This document shows positions 18,476 to 26,635 of a stretch of DNA of 32,000 bases, one piece after another. Numbering within the stretch: position 1 is the stretch's first letter; every line of letters begins with the position of its first letter. The stretch comes from Candidatus Saccharimonadota bacterium. Lineage in GTDB: Bacteria > Pseudomonadota > Gammaproteobacteria > Enterobacterales > Enterobacteriaceae. The stretch lies in assembly GCF_004296475.1 (NCBI RefSeq), contig NZ_AP018162.1:1-32000 (forward strand), read 5' to 3'. Below the pieces are notes generated by a model. It had not been told where the DNA came from and did not search any database. It worked only from the letters and a program-made list of their open reading frames with translations. The position numbers and the translations under genes were made by a program.

Positions 18476-19822
18476 ATGAAAAATACATATAAAAATAAAA
18501 AAGTAACTATATTTGGATTAGGAAGAACTGGGTTATCATTAATAGATTTTTTTAAAAATAAAAAATCTAATATAAGAGTTATAGATTTTAAAAATAATCC
18601 AAGATATATAGATTTTGTAACAAGAGATATAGATGTATTTTTAGGAGAAAATAATAATGAGATTGATAATATAATAAAAAGTTCTGATTTATTAGTTATA
18701 AGTCCAGGTATAAATATAAAATTGGATAAATTAAATATAGCGAGAAAATTAGATATAGAAATATTAAGTGATATAGATATATTTTGTAAAGAAATAAGTC
18801 CATTAAGTAATTTAATAGCTGTAACAGGTACTAATGGTAAAAGTACAGTTGTAAATTTAGTTTATTATATGTTAAAAAAACATGGATTAAATGTAGCTTT
18901 AGGAGGTAATATAGGAACTCCAGTATTATCTTTATTAAATAAAAAATATGATTATTATGTTTTAGAAATGTCTAGTTTTCAATTAGAAAATATAAGTAAT
19001 ATATTTAAAACAAAAACATCATCAATATTAAATATTACTCAAGATCATTTAGATAGACATAATAATTTTGAAGAATATAAAAATATAAAATTAAAAATAT
19101 TTGAAAATTCATCTAATTGTATATTTAATATTGATGATATTAATACTTATCCATTAATTAAATTTAATAATTCTAAATATATAAGTTTTGGACAAAATAA
19201 AGGAGATTATTTTATAAAAAATATAAATAATAATAAATTCTTATTTAATAAAGATGAAAATATAATTAATTGTTCAGATATAAAAATTAATGGAATGCAT
19301 AATTATATAAATTCTTTATCTTCTATATCAATAACAGATACAATTGGTATTAGTAGAGAATCTCAAATATCTGTATTAAAAGAATTTAAAGGTTTAAATC
19401 ATAGGTTTCAAACTATAAGTAATAAAAATAATATAGAATGGATAAATGATTCTAAATCTACTAATGTAGATAGTACATATATAGCAGTTAAAAATATAAT
19501 TAATTATAAAACATTACATCTTATAATAGGTGGAGATAAAAAATCATTAGATTTTTCTGATTTAATGAAATATCTAGATAGTTTAAAAAATATAAAAATA
19601 TATTGTTTTGGAAAAGATGGAGAATATATATATAATTTTATTCCTGAAAAATCATTTTTATTCGAAACTTTAAAAGAATTATTTAATTTTTTAATAAAAA
19701 ATACTAAATCTGGAGATGTAGTGTTATTTTCTCCTGGCTGTTCTTCATTAGATCAATATAAAGAAAGAGGTTTTGAACAGAGAGGGGATGAATTCATTTC
19801 ATTAGTAAATAGCATTAATTAA
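18476..19822 (+). CDS. murD: UDP-N-acetylmuramoylalanine--D-glutamate ligase
   Basis: The 448 aa ORF has an N-terminal Rossmann-like 'V.IFGLGRTG', the P-loop 'VTGTNGKST' and 'NDSK.TN', with 'SPGC.S.DQ' near the C-terminus. It occupies the dcw position after mraY. Confidence 0.92.
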   Translation: MKNTYKNKKVTIFGLGRTGLSLIDFFKNKKSNIRVIDFKNNPRYIDFVTRDIDVFLGENNNEIDNIIKSSDLLVISPGINIKLDKLNIARKLDIEILSDIDIFCKEISPLSNLIAVTGTNGKSTVVNLVYYMLKKHGLNVALGGNIGTPVLSLLNKKYDYYVLEMSSFQLENISNIFKTKTSSILNITQDHLDRHNNFEEYKNIKLKIFENSSNCIFNIDDINTYPLIKFNNSKYISFGQNKGDYFIKNINNNKFLFNKDENIINCSDIKINGMHNYINSLSSISITDTIGISRESQISVLKEFKGLNHRFQTISNKNNIEWINDSKSTNVDSTYIAVKNIINYKTLHLIIGGDKKSLDFSDLMKYLDSLKNIKIYCFGKDGEYIYNFIPEKSFLFETLKELFNFLIKNTKSGDVVLFSPGCSSLDQYKERGFEQRGDEFISLVNSIN

Positions 19823-19827
19823 TAAAT

Positions 19828-20991
19828 ATGTTTTATATAAAAAATAATAATAATTTATATGATAAAAAACTATTTAATATATTTTTATTTTTAATATCTT
19901 TTGGATTTATAATGATAATATCATCATCTATGCCTTATGGATATAAATTATCTAAAGATATTTTATTTTTTGTAAAAAAAACTATATTAATAATATTATT
20001 AATATTTATATTATCTCCTATAATACTAAATTTACCTATTAAAATATGGAATTATTATTCGTTTCATATTTTATTATTAAATTTAGTATTATTATTAATA
20101 TCTTTGATTTTAGGTAAAAAAATAAACGGCTCTAGAAGATGGATAAAATTAGGAATATTAACAATACAACCTTCAGAATTAATAAAATTTACGTTAATAA
20201 ATTATTTTTCCAGTTGTTTATCTAATTATATTAAAGGTGAAGATAATAAATTATGTAAAATAGAATACTTTTTTTTATTTTTTTTTATTATATTATTATT
20301 ATTATTATTTCAACCTGATATAGGTACATTTTTAATATTATTATTAACTATATTAAGTGTACTTATAATATTGAATATAAATATAAAACGTATATTTTAT
20401 ATATTACTTGTATTTTCTTTTTTTATAAAAAAAATTTTAAATAAAAAATATATATTAATTAGATTAATAGCATTTTTAAATCCATGGAAAGATCCATTTA
20501 ATAGTGGTTATCAATTAATTCAATCTTTTATTTCATATGGAAGAGGTGGGATATTCGGCAGGGGTTTAGGTAATTCTATACAAAAAATGAATTATTTACC
20601 TGAATCTTATAATGATTTTATATTTTCAATAATATCTGAAGAATTCGGATATTTATTTTCATTAACTATAATACTATTAATATTTTTTATATCTATTAAA
20701 GCTATACGTATAGGTAATGAATCAATTAGACTTAATAATATATTTGAAAGTATAATATCTTATTCTATAGGGATATGGATAAATATACAAACTAATATGA
20801 ATATAGGAACAGCAATAGGTATAATACCAACTAAAGGTATAACTTTACCACTTATAAGTTATGGAGGTTCTAGTTTATTAATTACTTCTATATCTATATT
20901 TATTTTAATAAGAATAGATTTTGAAAATAAATTAAAAAGTAAATTTCAAGTTATAAATAAAAATGAAAAAAAAAATAATTATAACTACTAA
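19828..20991 (+). CDS. ftsW: Peptidoglycan glycosyltransferase / lipid II-associated SEDS protein FtsW
   Basis: The 387 aa polytopic ORF has the SEDS signatures 'RW...G....QPSE..K', 'QPD.GT' and 'P...TDF(I)FS...EE.G'. 'GI.P.KG..LP.ISYGGSS' is also present. It lies between murD and murG. Confidence 0.9.
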   Translation: MFYIKNNNNLYDKKLFNIFLFLISFGFIMIISSSMPYGYKLSKDILFFVKKTILIILLIFILSPIILNLPIKIWNYYSFHILLLNLVLLLISLILGKKINGSRRWIKLGILTIQPSELIKFTLINYFSSCLSNYIKGEDNKLCKIEYFFLFFFIILLLLLFQPDIGTFLILLLTILSVLIILNINIKRIFYILLVFSFFIKKILNKKYILIRLIAFLNPWKDPFNSGYQLIQSFISYGRGGIFGRGLGNSIQKMNYLPESYNDFIFSIISEEFGYLFSLTIILLIFFISIKAIRIGNESIRLNNIFESIISYSIGIWINIQTNMNIGTAIGIIPTKGITLPLISYGGSSLLITSISIFILIRIDFENKLKSKFQVINKNEKKNNYNY

Positions 20992-22027
20992 TGGAAGTGG
21001 AGGACATATATTTTCTGGTTTAATAATAGCTAATGAGTTATTAAAACAAAATTTTGATGTATTTTGGATATATAATGATGATGGAATAGTTTTTTTAAAT
21101 ATGAATATTAATATTAAAATAAAAAAAGAAAAGATATCTATAAAAAATTTTAGAAAATTATCTATAATTAATAAAATATTTTTTCCAATAAATTTATTAA
21201 TATCAATATTTGAATCAATTTTAATAATATTAAAAATAAAACCTGATATTATATTAGGTATGGGTAATTATATATCATTACCAGTATGTATATCAGGTTA
21301 TATATTTAATATACCTATAATAATACATGAACAGAATTCTATATTAGGAACTACTAATTATATTTTAAAAGGATTTGCTAATAAATTATTAAAAGGGATT
21401 GATTATAATGATAAAAAATATATTATTACTGGAAATCCAATAAATAATGATATTTTAAATATAAAATGTTCTTATAATAAATATTTAATAAAAAAAAAAA
21501 AAATAAATATATTAGTAATTGGAGGAAGTAAAGGTTCAAATTTTATAAATGAAAATATACCTTTATTAATTAATAAATTATCAAATTCAGTTAATATATG
21601 GCATCAAGTAGGTATAGGTAATAAATTTAAAATAATAGAAAAATATAAATATTTAAATATATGCAAATATTTATATTCTATAGATGAATTTATATATAAC
21701 ATTTATTATTCATATAAATGGGCTGATATTATAATAAGTAGATCTGGTGCTTTAATAGTAAGTGAGATAATTTATGCTAAATTACCAGCAATATTTATAC
21801 CGCTTAATAGTAAAGATAATCATCAATATTTTAATGCATTAAAATTAGAAGAGATAGGAGTTGCTAAAATTTTTAATCAAAATGATTTTAATATAAATTT
21901 AATATATAAATATATATTAAATTTAATAGAAAATAATAAATTACTTTCTATGCATAGAAAATTTAAATATATAAATATTGGAAATCCAAATAATAATATT
22001 ATAAATGAGATAAAATCACTAATATGA
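20963..22027 (+). CDS. murG: UDP-GlcNAc:undecaprenyl-PP-MurNAc-pentapeptide GlcNAc transferase
   Basis: The 354 aa ORF has an N-terminal G-loop 'NGSGGHIFSG' (E. coli 'GGTGGHVFPG'). It also has 'HEQNS', 'V.GGS.G', 'W.D..ISRSGAL.VSEI' and 'Q..NA..L'. It overlaps the ftsW 3' end by 29 nt and ends in the only TGA stop in the window. Confidence 0.92.
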   Translation: MKKKIIITTNGSGGHIFSGLIIANELLKQNFDVFWIYNDDGIVFLNMNINIKIKKEKISIKNFRKLSIINKIFFPINLLISIFESILIILKIKPDIILGMGNYISLPVCISGYIFNIPIIIHEQNSILGTTNYILKGFANKLLKGIDYNDKKYIITGNPINNDILNIKCSYNKYLIKKKKINILVIGGSKGSNFINENIPLLINKLSNSVNIWHQVGIGNKFKIIEKYKYLNICKYLYSIDEFIYNIYYSYKWADIIISRSGALIVSEIIYAKLPAIFIPLNSKDNHQYFNALKLEEIGVAKIFNQNDFNINLIYKYILNLIENNKLLSMHRKFKYINIGNPNNNIINEIKSLI

Positions 22028-23430
22028 ATAAAACTATTTTAAAAAATATAAAAAATATACATTTTATTGGAATAGGAGGGATAGGGATTGGAGGTATAGC
22101 AGAAATTTTATATAAGGAAGGATATAATATAAGCGGTTCTGATATATCAAATAATTATATAACAGATAAGTTAATAAAATTAGGAATTAATATAAATTAT
22201 CATAATAAAAATAATATATCTAATACTATAGATATAGTAGTACCATCTAATTCAATAAAACAAGATAATATTGAAATATTAGAATCAAAAAGATTAAATA
22301 TACCTATAATAAATAGAGGTGAAATTTTAAAAGAAATTATGAGATATAGGCATGGTATATCTATATCAGGATCTCATGGTAAAACTACTACAACGTCAAT
22401 ATTAATAGATATTTTTATTAAAAATAAAATAGATGTAACATTTTTGAATGGGGGATATTTAAAAAATAATGAAAATATAAATTTGGGAAAAAGTAATTAT
22501 TTTATATTAGAGTCAGATGAAAGCGATTTATCATTTTTATACTTAAATCCAATATCATTAATAGTAACTAATATTGATAATGATCATATAAGAAATTATG
22601 AAAATAATTTTAATAATATATTGAAATCATTTTTAAGATTTATAAATAATATACCATTTTATGGAAAATCAATATTATGTATAGATGATATAAATATAAA
22701 GAATATTTTAAATAAAGTAAAATCTAATTTTATAACATATGGATTTGATAAAAAATCTGATATTCAAATAGAAAAAATAAATAAATTAGATTTAAATTAT
22801 AGTTCATTTATATTAAAAAATAATTTATGTAATTATAGTATTGAAGTTATATTAAATAACATTTCTGGTAAATTTAATATATTAAATTCAGTAGCTGCTA
22901 TATCTTTATCATTAATAGAAAATATAGATATAGATATTATACTTAAATCTTTAAGAGAATTTAAAGGTATAAATAGAAGATTTGAAATAATTAAAGATAA
23001 AAAAATAATAGAAAAAATAAATAATAAAAATTTAAATAATATAGATATAATAAGTGATTATGGTCATCATCCTAATGAAATACTAAGTATAATAAATAAT
23101 ATTAGAAATATATTTTTAAATAGAAGATTAATTATGATTTTTCAACCTCATAGATATACAAGAACATATGATTTATTTAGTGATTTTATTAATGTTTTAT
23201 TAAAAGTTGATATTTTAATATTAGTAGATATATTTTCAGCAGAAGAATCAAATACATTTAATATTAGTAGTTATGATTTATATATAAATATAAAAAAAAA
23301 AAATAGTAATATTGTATATTATATAAATAATAATGAAATTTTATATATATTAAATAAAATTTTATTAAAAAATGATGTATTTTTAATACAAGGCGCGGGT
23401 TCAATAAATAATATAATTAATAGTATTTAA
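22024..23430 (+). CDS. murC: UDP-N-acetylmuramate--L-alanine ligase
   Basis: The 468 aa ORF has 'IHFIGIGGIGIGGIAEIL', the P-loop 'ISGSHGKTTTTS', 'DYGHHP.E' and 'FQPHRYTRT'. Its ATG overlaps the murG TGA in an ATGA arrangement. Confidence 0.94.
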   Translation: MNKTILKNIKNIHFIGIGGIGIGGIAEILYKEGYNISGSDISNNYITDKLIKLGININYHNKNNISNTIDIVVPSNSIKQDNIEILESKRLNIPIINRGEILKEIMRYRHGISISGSHGKTTTTSILIDIFIKNKIDVTFLNGGYLKNNENINLGKSNYFILESDESDLSFLYLNPISLIVTNIDNDHIRNYENNFNNILKSFLRFINNIPFYGKSILCIDDINIKNILNKVKSNFITYGFDKKSDIQIEKINKLDLNYSSFILKNNLCNYSIEVILNNISGKFNILNSVAAISLSLIENIDIDIILKSLREFKGINRRFEIIKDKKIIEKINNKNLNNIDIISDYGHHPNEILSIINNIRNIFLNRRLIMIFQPHRYTRTYDLFSDFINVLLKVDILILVDIFSAEESNTFNISSYDLYINIKKKNSNIVYYINNNEILYILNKILLKNDVFLIQGAGSINNIINSI

Positions 23431-23438
23431 TAATATTT

Positions 23439-24167
23439 ATGGATAATTTTTTTTATATAAAAAATAAAAATAATAATATTATTTTTAGAAAAATAAGTAT
23501 ATTTTTATTATTAATATTTAATTTTTTTATTATATTTTTTTTTTTTAAAAAAATTAATATTTTATTAAATAAAAAATACATATTTATACTAGAAATTAAT
23601 AATTTAAATTTTATAGAAAATTCATATATAAATAATATTTTAGATTTAAATATTAAATATAATTTTATAAATTTAGATATATTAAATATAAAAAAAAAAA
23701 TAGAAAAAATTTATTGTATAAAAAAAATAATAATAAAAAAAAAATATCCTAACACATTATATGTAAATATATTAGAATATAACCCATTAATTAGATTAAA
23801 TTATAGTAATTTATTTATCGATAAAAATTTAAATATATTCAGTATATTAAAAAATATAGATAATATACCAATATTAATATCTAATTATATAGATATAAAA
23901 AAAATAAATAATTTTATTAAAATAGAAAATAAATTACTTAGTATTAAATTAAATATTAATTATATAAAAATTAGTAAAAATAATTCATGGTCTATTAAAA
24001 CTAAAAATAATATAATTTTAAAATTGGGAAAAAAAAACATTATTAATAGATTAAATAGATTTGTTACTTTTTATAATTTAATTATTAATGAATCTAAATT
24101 ATTAAATAAAAGTATAGAATATATAGATTTAAGATATAAAAATGGATTTTCAATAAAATGGATTTAA
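23439..24167 (+). CDS. ftsQ: Cell division protein FtsQ
   Basis: The 242 aa ORF has one transmembrane segment followed by a POTRA-like region. 'KIEKIYCIKKIIIKKKYPNTLYVNILEYNPLIRLN' aligns with E. coli '[36 protein letters not shown]'. 'RLNRFVTFYNL...IEYIDLRYKNGFSIKW' aligns with 'RLARFVELYPV...ISYVDLRYDSGAAVGW'. Confidence 0.87.
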   Translation: MDNFFYIKNKNNNIIFRKISIFLLLIFNFFIIFFFFKKINILLNKKYIFILEINNLNFIENSYINNILDLNIKYNFINLDILNIKKKIEKIYCIKKIIIKKKYPNTLYVNILEYNPLIRLNYSNLFIDKNLNIFSILKNIDNIPILISNYIDIKKINNFIKIENKLLSIKLNINYIKISKNNSWSIKTKNNIILKLGKKNIINRLNRFVTFYNLIINESKLLNKSIEYIDLRYKNGFSIKWI

Positions 24168-24205
24168 ATTTTATTAAAATTTAATTTAAGTAAAATTTAA
24201 AAAAA

Positions 24206-25471
24206 ATGATTAAAAAAGATTCAAAATTAAAAAATTTAGTTGTAAGTCTAGAAATAAGTTCATCAAAAATAATATCTTTAATAGGAGAAATTTTAGTTGA
24301 TAATACTATAAATATAATAGGAATTGGGAGATGTAAATCAAATGGAATAGATAAAGGTAATATAGTAGATTTAGAATCAGTAACAAATTCAATAAAAAAT
24401 TCAATAAATCAAGCTGAATTAATGTCTGATTATAAAATATCTTCAGTATATTTATCTATATCAGGAAAAGATATAAATTTTCAAAATGAAACTGGATTAA
24501 TTACATTAAATGAAAATAGTGATATAACACAAAATGATATTAATAATGTAATTAAAAATGCCAGTTTAGTTAAATTAAAAGATCATCATAAAATAATACA
24601 TATAATTCCTCAAGAATATATAATAGATAAAAAATATGGAATAATAAACCCAATAGGGTTATCTGGAATAAAATTAAAAGTAATAGCTAATTTAATAACA
24701 TGTAGTAATGATACTATAAAAAATTTAGTTAGAATAGTTGAAAGATGTAATATAAAAGTGGATAAGTTAATATATTCTGGTTTATCATCTAGTTATTCAG
24801 TATTAACGAATGATGAAAAAAAACTTGGAGTATGTTTAATAGATATGGGTGGAGAGACAATAGATATAATAATATATATAGATGGTATATTACGTTTAAT
24901 AAAAGTTATACCATATGCAGGAAATTTAGTCACTAATGATATATCATATGCATTTAATATATCATCTTCATACGCTGATTTATTAAAATTTAAATATGGT
25001 ACTTTATCAGAATTATCATCTAATAATGATGATACAGTTAATATACCTAATTTTAATGATTTAAATATAAAGAAATCAATAAAAAAAAAAGAATTATATA
25101 AAGTTATAAAATCAAGATATATAGAATTGTTTAATTTAATAAATAATGAAATTATTAATTTACAAAATAAATTAATAAGAGGAAAATATAAATATTTTTT
25201 AAGTGCAGGTATAGTTATTACAGGTGGTTCATCAAAAATAGATGGTATATTAAGTTGTGCATATAAAATTTTTAAAAAAGAAGTTAGGATAGGATATCCT
25301 CAAAATATAGTTGGATTAACTGATTATGTTCAATTACCAGATTATTCTACTTCTGTAGGTTTATTGCATTATGGAAAATTATGTAATAATTTAAATAAAC
25401 CTGATTATAGTAATTCTATAACTAAAATTTTAATAAAAAAATGTGAGAAATTTTTAAAAAAAATAATTTAA
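24206..25471 (+). CDS. ftsA: Cell division protein FtsA
   Basis: The 421 aa ORF has the actin/FtsA fold signatures 'V.LEISSSKI', 'G.CLIDMGGET.DI', 'IPYAGN.VTNDI..AF' and 'GIVITGGSS...G'. It sits in the canonical slot between ftsQ and ftsZ. Confidence 0.94.
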   Translation: MIKKDSKLKNLVVSLEISSSKIISLIGEILVDNTINIIGIGRCKSNGIDKGNIVDLESVTNSIKNSINQAELMSDYKISSVYLSISGKDINFQNETGLITLNENSDITQNDINNVIKNASLVKLKDHHKIIHIIPQEYIIDKKYGIINPIGLSGIKLKVIANLITCSNDTIKNLVRIVERCNIKVDKLIYSGLSSSYSVLTNDEKKLGVCLIDMGGETIDIIIYIDGILRLIKVIPYAGNLVTNDISYAFNISSSYADLLKFKYGTLSELSSNNDDTVNIPNFNDLNIKKSIKKKELYKVIKSRYIELFNLINNEIINLQNKLIRGKYKYFLSAGIVITGGSSKIDGILSCAYKIFKKEVRIGYPQNIVGLTDYVQLPDYSTSVGLLHYGKLCNNLNKPDYSNSITKILIKKCEKFLKKII

Positions 25472-25486
25472 TAGTGTAATAATTTT

Positions 25487-25493
25487 AAGGTGA
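25487..25493 (+). promoter_or_regulatory. Shine-Dalgarno-like element for ftsZ
   Basis: An AAGGTGA heptamer lies 4 nt upstream of the ftsZ ATG (25498). It is the only clear purine-rich GGAGG/GGTG-type element I can see upstream of any start codon in this window. Confidence 0.5.
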
Positions 25494-25497
25494 TTTT

Positions 25498-26628
25498 ATG
25501 AGCAGTAATGATTTAGAATCATTAAATGATGCTGTAATAAAAGTTATAGGTATTGGTGGTGGAGGAAATAATGCTATAGAATATATGTCTAAAGAATATA
25601 TTAGTGGAGTTAATTTTTTTGCTGTTAATACTGATGCTCAGGCATTAAGAAAAATATCAATAGATAAAAAAATACAAATAGGTAAAAATATAACTAAAGG
25701 ATTAGGGGCTGGATCTAATCCAGAAATTGGTAAAAATGCAGCTGAAGAAGATAAAGAAATTTTAAAATCAATATTAGAAGGATCTGATATGGTATTTATA
25801 ACAGCAGGGATGGGAGGGGGTACTGGTACAGGAGCTTCTCCTATAATTGCAGAAATAGCTAAAGATTTAGGTATATTAACAGTAGCAATAGTTACTAAAC
25901 CTTTTAGTTTTGAAGGTAAAAAAAGATCATTATATGCTAATCAAGGGGTTTTATCATTATCTAAATTTGTTGATTCATTGATAGTTATACCTAATGATAA
26001 ATTATTAAAAACTTTTAATAGAGGCGTTTCATTATTAGATGCATTTAGTTATGCTAATAATATATTAAGAAATGCAATACAAGGTATATCTGAATTAGTT
26101 ACAAAACCAGGATTAATAAATGTAGATTTTGCTGATATAAGAACTGTTATGTCAGAAATGGGATATGCTATGATAGGAACAGGATCTTCTAAAGGAGAAA
26201 ATAGAGCTGAAGAAGCTACAAAAATAGCAATATCTAGTCCATTATTAGAAGATGTAGATTTATCTGGAGCAAAAGGAGTTTTAATAAATATATCAGCAAA
26301 TTTTGATTTAAAATTAGATGAATTTGAATTAATAGGAAATTCAATAAGAAAATTTGCTTCTGAAGAAGCAACTGTTGTTATAGGAACATCATTAGACTCA
26401 AGTATGAGTGATGAGATAAGGGTAACTATAGTCGCCACGGGGATTCAATTAGATAAAATATCAGATATTAATATAATATATAAAAATAAAAATATTTTTT
26501 CAAATGAAAAACCTTTTATACAGCAAAATAAAAATGAAAATAATTTTAAAAATTTAAAAAATAATAATTTAACAGATAATTTAGAATATTTAAATATTCC
26601 TTCATTTTTAAGAAACCCTATTGATTAA
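25498..26628 (+). CDS. ftsZ: Cell division GTPase FtsZ
   Basis: The 376 aa ORF has 'IKVIGIGGGGNNA', the tubulin signature 'GMGGGTGTGASPIIAEIAK' and 'NVDFADIRTVM'. The conserved C-terminal peptide 'LEYLNIPSFLRN' (E. coli 'DYLDIPAFLRK') follows an N/K-rich linker. The region is visibly less AT-rich than its neighbours. Confidence 0.98.
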   Translation: MSSNDLESLNDAVIKVIGIGGGGNNAIEYMSKEYISGVNFFAVNTDAQALRKISIDKKIQIGKNITKGLGAGSNPEIGKNAAEEDKEILKSILEGSDMVFITAGMGGGTGTGASPIIAEIAKDLGILTVAIVTKPFSFEGKKRSLYANQGVLSLSKFVDSLIVIPNDKLLKTFNRGVSLLDAFSYANNILRNAIQGISELVTKPGLINVDFADIRTVMSEMGYAMIGTGSSKGENRAEEATKIAISSPLLEDVDLSGAKGVLINISANFDLKLDEFELIGNSIRKFASEEATVVIGTSLDSSMSDEIRVTIVATGIQLDKISDINIIYKNKNIFSNEKPFIQQNKNENNFKNLKNNNLTDNLEYLNIPSFLRNPID

Positions 26629-26635
26629 AATTAAA

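Noticed and set aside
24168-24205. The 38 nt ftsQ-ftsA spacer contains a repeated AAAATTTAA motif and could be a regulatory repeat or promoter.
   Set aside because: The motif is short and made only of A and T, so it is expected by chance in this composition. There is no supporting -35/-10 spacing that stands out from background.
26621-26635. A TTG start for secA at 26621, as in the ORF track, overlapping the ftsZ stop.
   Set aside because: The ATG at 26636 gives an N-terminus, MFLKKIFDLIF, that aligns with E. coli MLIKLLTKVFG. The five extra residues from the TTG have no counterpart, and a TTG start is unnecessary. The TTG cannot be fully excluded without experimental data.
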